From: a virus
Taxonomy: Duplodnaviria; Caudoviricetes
Strand: one strand, 5' to 3'
Virus record (IMG/VR): IMGVR_UViG_3300037400_003531
Coordinates: 5,532 to 69,531 of that record
DNA length: 64,000 nucleotides
The notes beneath the pieces are model-generated. The model had not been told where the DNA came from. It saw nothing but the letters and a program-made list of their open reading frames with translations, and did not search any database. This document shows, one piece after another, positions 59,916 to 64,000 of the stretch (the first letter of the stretch is position 1; each line of letters opens with the position of its first letter). Made by a program: the position numbers and the translations under genes.

Positions 59916-59969
59916 TGCAAAAATACTAATTTCCTCCATCCCTCTCCCCAAATAAAAGTTTCAGCCTTT
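59916..59969 (-). promoter_or_regulatory. Boxed (putative late) promoter 6, for RNAP operon
   Basis: -7 box at 59916-59925; dyad aaagtttcagccttt at 59955-59969; 29-nt gap. Confidence 0.8.
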
Positions 59970-60076
59970 ACTCTAACACCCTACACACAAAAATTTTTTT
60001 TTATTTTTTCGATTTCAATTTTATCTGCGGAAAGGTGGGATAAACCTCTTACCCCCTCCCCCCTTCTCAGAGGATT

Positions 60077-60255
60077 GGGGTTATACCCCCACCTATGCTG
60101 CTTGCTGGACTTTTCATGGCGAGCGCCAGGAGCCTCGCCCGCGAGCCTGCCGAGCAGCCATGCGCTGACCCAGCAAAGGCCGCAGTAAGACGCTGCCGTG
60201 ACATAAACCACCACGACAGCGCGGGAACCCTACACCAAAGATTGGGGGCATAGGT
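60077..60255 (+). promoter_or_regulatory. Structured early leader / candidate virion-RNAP promoter (copy A)
   Basis: GGGGT-TAT-ACCCC hairpin; CCCACCTATG..TGGACTTTTCATGGCG repeated at 61446; nested stems. Confidence 0.5.
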
Positions 60256-60335
60256 ATGGTAAACACCAAGTCCCAGAGCAGAGCCATGCAGATGCCTCTT
60301 ATAAACAACAAAGAAGTCTGCTTTGGGCCAGTATA

Positions 60336-60887
60336 ATGGCAAAAGAATTTGCTACTAATGTACAAGAACTGGGAGAGTTCTTAGCATCTGCTCAATTGGC
60401 TGAAAAGCCAATGATTGGGCGGAAGAATTTCGGATTCCGTCTGTGTGACAAACGCAGACGGGTGATCCGCGTTAACAACATGTCCGTCCATATATCACCA
60501 GCAAAGCTGCGTGACAAGGATGGGGATGTGGTTTTGACCAGCGACGGACATCCTGTCCGCTGCGTGCCAGCCAAGCTGTACAACGGCTTGGACGAAGGCG
60601 ATCCCTATACTGAATATAGGGAAGAAATCGCTGATTTCATGCGTAATGTTCTACCGTTCGGAGACTGGAAAGTCGGCCAGGTCGAGTTCGACCCCGACAA
60701 TGTCAAGGAATGGCCGATGGCGTCTGAATGGTCGCCAGCCAAGATTCGTAAGTGGTGCCATGAGCATCCTTACTGGCTTGTCTGGTGGCAGCCAGCAGAA
60801 GTCGTCGACAATGATGTCGACGACTTGGCAAGTGTTGAGGACTTCTTCTCCACAGAGGCTGTCGCTGATGTCAACGAAGTTCTCTAA
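60336..60887 (+). CDS. Probable early protein with acidic C-terminal tail
   Basis: 183 aa; first gene of the + strand block. Confidence 0.8.
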   Translation: MAKEFATNVQELGEFLASAQLAEKPMIGRKNFGFRLCDKRRRVIRVNNMSVHISPAKLRDKDGDVVLTSDGHPVRCVPAKLYNGLDEGDPYTEYREEIADFMRNVLPFGDWKVGQVEFDPDNVKEWPMASEWSPAKIRKWCHEHPYWLVWWQPAEVVDNDVDDLASVEDFFSTEAVADVNEVL

Positions 60888-61001
60888 CTTGCTTGTACAA
60901 TGACAGGGTGGCTACGCCCTTTCAGCCGTTCATGGTACGCCCTTGGTGAACGGCTTTAACAAACCAAAAGTTGCGCACGACACGTATTAGTGCATACTAC
61001 A

Positions 61002-61337
61002 ATGACAAGAAAAGACTTTACCAGCATTTTGCTGGACAACAGCATTGATTATATAACAATTGTCCGCGTTCCTGACTGGAACGGAGGTCACAGTTATAAA
61101 GCTGTGTTGAATGAACCAGATTATAAAACTGGTGATTTTGAATACATCGAATTTGAAGGAGATGCCTCAAAAGCTGCATCTCATCACTCGATGGAGTTCT
61201 ATGCGCATCGTGAGCCTTTCCACGAAGAGGCTTACGACTTCTTTGATGGTTCTCTTGCTGACCTAGTTGTAGAAGAACTAGGTCGAATACAAGAGTTCCG
61301 TGAAGCACAGACTGGCACATTAGAGCCAGCCATGTGA
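61002..61337 (+). CDS. Probable early acidic hypothetical protein
   Basis: ATG 61002; followed by a strong terminator. Confidence 0.75.
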   Translation: MTRKDFTSILLDNSIDYITIVRVPDWNGGHSYKAVLNEPDYKTGDFEYIEFEGDASKAASHHSMEFYAHREPFHEEAYDFFDGSLADLVVEELGRIQEFREAQTGTLEPAM

Positions 61338-61344
61338 AAAGATT

Positions 61345-61389
61345 ACCCCGGTGGGACACGAAAGTGTCCTATCGGGGTATTTTTTTTTA
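61345..61389 (+). terminator. Intrinsic terminator
   Basis: ACCCCGGTGGGACAC-GAAA-GTGTCCTATCGGGGT plus T-tract. Confidence 0.9.
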
Positions 61390-61420
61390 CACCTTTTCCA
61401 CCTATCCTTTCTCCACTTGC

Positions 61421-61500
61421 CCCCTTGCTTGGGGGGGGGCTGGCACCCACCTATGGCGTTTATGGACTTTCCATGGCGTGCCGAGGAATACGGCCTACGC
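61421..61500 (+). promoter_or_regulatory. Second copy of the early leader motif (copy B)
   Basis: CCCACCTATG-N7-TGGACTTTCCATGGCG at 61446-61478, right after a terminator and a C/G-run hairpin. Confidence 0.5.
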
Positions 61501-61526
61501 TTATGTTTAACTTAATATTGAAAGAA

Positions 61527-61967
61527 ATGAAAAAGGAAAACAAAAACATGGTAACAATACCTGCAACAACATTAAACTGCCTTAAGCAGATGTTGTTCTC
61601 AAAGGAAAACGGCGTTGATTTATCATCTATCATCAAAGACCTCTCATATGGTGAGATGGATGACCTGACATCAATCAACGTAGCATTGGTGTTCAACGGC
61701 ATTGTGCCTGATATAGACACCAGCAATCGCTACAAAGAATGCTATGCATCGTTCTATCGCTATCAGTGCAAGGGTGTGTCTCTTATCAGTAATACTGTCA
61801 AGACTCAAAAGACTGAGTTCAATCCTAACGAGAACTTAGGCTTTGAGGCTTCCAGTTATTCTGTTGAAGAGATAATGAGTGTGGAAGATTGGCTAAGCCT
61901 GAACCCTTCAAGCGAAGAAGTATATGAAGCTGTAGTCGCAAAAATCAAAGAAAGAGAAAATAAGTAA
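61527..61967 (+). CDS. Probable early hypothetical protein
   Basis: Start reassigned to ATG 61527, which has an A-rich leader. Confidence 0.75.
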   Translation: MKKENKNMVTIPATTLNCLKQMLFSKENGVDLSSIIKDLSYGEMDDLTSINVALVFNGIVPDIDTSNRYKECYASFYRYQCKGVSLISNTVKTQKTEFNPNENLGFEASSYSVEEIMSVEDWLSLNPSSEEVYEAVVAKIKERENK

Positions 61968-62172
61968 ACTCTTTTTTTATTAACCCTAACAGGCTACGTG
62001 TATTCGTGGCAACATTATGGTATTTTAAGAATAGCCAGCGTGAGGTGAAAACCCTCAGTCAGTCTGGCCTGTGCCTTGCTCCCTAGGGCCTGAAAAGAAG
62101 GGGATGACAGTCTGGAAAAAGACAGACTTTTTCTTTGAATCCTTTTTATTAACCAATTTAATACTTAAAAAA

Positions 62173-62811
62173 ATGAAACTGAATGAAATGACCGTTGAGG
62201 AGCTGGTCGCCCTCGTGAAAAAAGAAGGTTTGAAAATCAAAACTACTGGTAAGACTAAAGAGCAACTTATCAGCCTTATTGCTAAGGCAAAGCCCGAACT
62301 CGTTGCCGACGACAATGAGGAAGAGGAAGAAGTTGACGATACTGACGAACTCCTTGAAGTCCCCGAATGGGATGAAGACGATGTTGCCTCCGTCAGCATC
62401 GACGAGGTTATGGACCTCGACTGGTTCGAGGAGAATATCCTCAAGTGCGACATCCGCAAACTCGCCCGTCTGCCCCGCAACGAACAAGGACATGCCCGTA
62501 TCGCTACCCGCAAGTGCCGCGTATGGCTCTGCGACGATTGCTTCCCGTCCGTTGACGAGGATGATCCGACCTACAAGGAAGAGGCCCGCAAGCTGAAAGG
62601 CATGGCTCATATCGTCACCATGACGAAAGCCGACCCGCTGTGCGCCCGTTCCGAGTGGTATAAGAAGCATGACGGCGAGAAAGCCATCGATTCCTATGGC
62701 AACCGGTTCAAGGTGAACTATGCCAAGGAAATGGCCCGCATCAACTACTTCATCCACGTGGACTCCTTCTCTGGCGAAGACACCGTCAGCGACATGGACG
62801 ACCTGCTGTAA
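62173..62811 (+). CDS. Protein with N-terminal Rho-N/HeH-like nucleic-acid-binding module, acidic linker and acidic C-tail
   Basis: MKLNEMTVEELVALVKKEGLKIKTTGKTKEQLISLI; ends SDMDDLL; C-ending codons. Confidence 0.75.
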   Translation: MKLNEMTVEELVALVKKEGLKIKTTGKTKEQLISLIAKAKPELVADDNEEEEEVDDTDELLEVPEWDEDDVASVSIDEVMDLDWFEENILKCDIRKLARLPRNEQGHARIATRKCRVWLCDDCFPSVDEDDPTYKEEARKLKGMAHIVTMTKADPLCARSEWYKKHDGEKAIDSYGNRFKVNYAKEMARINYFIHVDSFSGEDTVSDMDDLL

Positions 62812-62820
62812 ACCGCGACT

Positions 62821-62862
62821 TTTTTGGTTGGGGGAGAAGGAAACTCCCCCATTCCAAAAAAA
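62821..62862. terminator. Hairpin flanked by T/A tracts after the 62173 gene
   Basis: TTTTTGG-TT-GGGGGAG-N7-CTCCCCC-ATT-CCAAAAA. Confidence 0.55.
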
Positions 62863-62866
62863 TGCG

Positions 62867-62876
62867 TATCTTTGCA
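62867..62876 (+). promoter_or_regulatory. Host sigma-type promoter (-7 TATCTTTGCA), no dyad box
   Basis: Perfect consensus. Confidence 0.7.
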
Positions 62877-62900
62877 CCGCAAATTCTTTGTTATGCTGCT

Positions 62901-62940
62901 GCCCGCATCACACGCCATAAGTGGTGCGGGCTTATTTTTT
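62901..62940 (+). terminator. Promoter-proximal intrinsic terminator
   Basis: GCCCGCATCAC-N9-GTGGTGCGGGC-TTATTTTTT. Confidence 0.75.
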
Positions 62941-63001
62941 TACAACCATGAAAAAGTCCGTTCACAAAACGACAATCTAATAACCTTAAAACATCACAAT
63001 C

Positions 63002-63310
63002 ATGAAAAAGACTGAGAAAATAATATTACTGGTGTTCTTCCTCGTGTGCTGCTGCTTAGCCTATGGGCAGACACCAAAGCCGTCGACATACACCAAGGGC
63101 GGCAAGACCTACATCAAGATAGAACAGAAAGACAAGCGCAAATCCTCCTACATACCCACAGGGTACTACGTCGAGTACAAGGGCAAGACGTACCAAGTAT
63201 ACTCGCACGTGTTCACACGCGGCAAAAGGAAGGGGCAGACCGCCTACTTCATTGTCACGGGAATGAACAAAGAGGGCAAGCCTAACTACAAGGAGCTCTC
63301 ACTGGCATGA
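63002..63310 (+). CDS. Small secreted/membrane protein with signal peptide
   Basis: MKKTEKIILLVFFLVCCCLAYG then a basic beta-rich domain. Confidence 0.75.
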   Translation: MKKTEKIILLVFFLVCCCLAYGQTPKPSTYTKGGKTYIKIEQKDKRKSSYIPTGYYVEYKGKTYQVYSHVFTRGKRKGQTAYFIVTGMNKEGKPNYKELSLA

Positions 63311-63921
63311 ACCGCAAGCCTAAAGACGTGAGACCGACGAGGTACGTCATCGACGAGGGGGTGATAGCCAAAAGTCCCCTCTCCACCGGTGACGTCCTCG
63401 CCCTGCTCATGCTTTCTAACGGCGTGGAATACGTCGCCACGCTGAAAGACCTAGAGGACCGCGGTTATGTCATATACTTCCAGGGGAACTACTATCTCAC
63501 GCCGACTTCTAAGGACATTCTGAGAGACCTTTTGCTGATGGCAGAGAAGACAGACGACAAAGAAAAGGCAGAGGACGTGGCAAAGAGACTCGTGGATACG
63601 TTCCCAGAGGGTCGGCGGGATAACAGTCCGCAGCACTGGAGGTGCAGCGTCAAGGAAGCCTCTCTACGATTAAGGGAGTTTTCCAAGATGTTCGGCACAT
63701 ATCCAGCCGACGACATCGTGGACGCAGCAAGGAGATATGTGGACTCCTTCGGAAGGGACAGACGGCTTATGCGGACATTGAAAAACTTTATCTGGAAAGT
63801 CGAGGAGGTTGACGGAGTTCCGCAGTACACGTCCGACCTAGCCGAATGGCTGGAGAACAAGGACGACGACGCAAAGCACAACAAAGAGCCGAGACACTTC
63901 GACATGGTGACGCTGGACTGA
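63307..63921 (+). CDS. crAss-type replisome organizer / replication initiator-like protein
   Basis: LVDTFPEG..WRCS..DDIVDAARRYVDSF..MRTLKNFIWK..SDLAEWLEN pattern. Confidence 0.65.
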   Translation: MNRKPKDVRPTRYVIDEGVIAKSPLSTGDVLALLMLSNGVEYVATLKDLEDRGYVIYFQGNYYLTPTSKDILRDLLLMAEKTDDKEKAEDVAKRLVDTFPEGRRDNSPQHWRCSVKEASLRLREFSKMFGTYPADDIVDAARRYVDSFGRDRRLMRTLKNFIWKVEEVDGVPQYTSDLAEWLENKDDDAKHNKEPRHFDMVTLD

Positions 63922-64000
63922 AAAACGCGGAAAGGGGTCACTGAGGGGCGAACGCGTCCGCCGTGGCACAACAGCCCACAACAACAGAGAACGCCAAAAA

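Noticed and set aside
1-64000. Stop-codon reassignment (TAG=Gln or TGA=Trp), known in some crAss-like phages
   Set aside because: Very long genes (terL, portal, RNAP, muzzle) are intact in code 11. TAG ends genes at 6986, 16323 and 25027 and TGA ends the initiator at 4767, each at a plausible gene boundary.
1-64000. CRISPR array, DGR/reverse transcriptase, integrase, inteins or homing endonucleases
   Set aside because: No spaced direct repeats, RT, tyrosine/serine recombinase, intein or HNH/LAGLIDADG motifs were seen. TerL, MCP and portal have normal lengths.

Overview
This window is a 64-kb segment of a crAss-like (Crassvirales) phage, most likely infecting a Bacteroidota host (TAnnTTTG promoters). 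It uses standard genetic code 11. It holds almost the whole virion module: terminase, portal, scaffold, major and auxiliary capsid, three tail ring proteins, muzzle, tail hub, an InlB-B-repeat fibre and five to six cargo proteins, including a ~2990-aa virion RNA polymerase with the DFDID motif. The structural arm is interrupted twice. One block (2.0-7.1 kb) is temperate-phage-like: AEP primase-SF4 helicase, iteron-bearing replication initiator, NinB-like gene, DUF3853/Xis-like HTH and a divergent, frameshifted Cro/CI-type repressor. The other (15-19.8 kb) is an accessory block with a degenerate tRNA and a ~430-nt structured non-coding region. Probable early genes start on the + strand at about 60.3 kb. 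Strongest observation: six promoters in front of virion-gene operons share a 15-bp dyad box (AAAG-K-N-T-S-A-N-M-CTTT) exactly 29 nt upstream of the host-type -7 box, and the four other promoters found lack it. Other leads are GG-motif-delimited modular cargo proteins, terminal cysteines on the giant cargo proteins, a repeated structured early-leader element and an extreme local strand skew beside the putative genome end. All family assignments come from motif recognition and gene order, not database searches.
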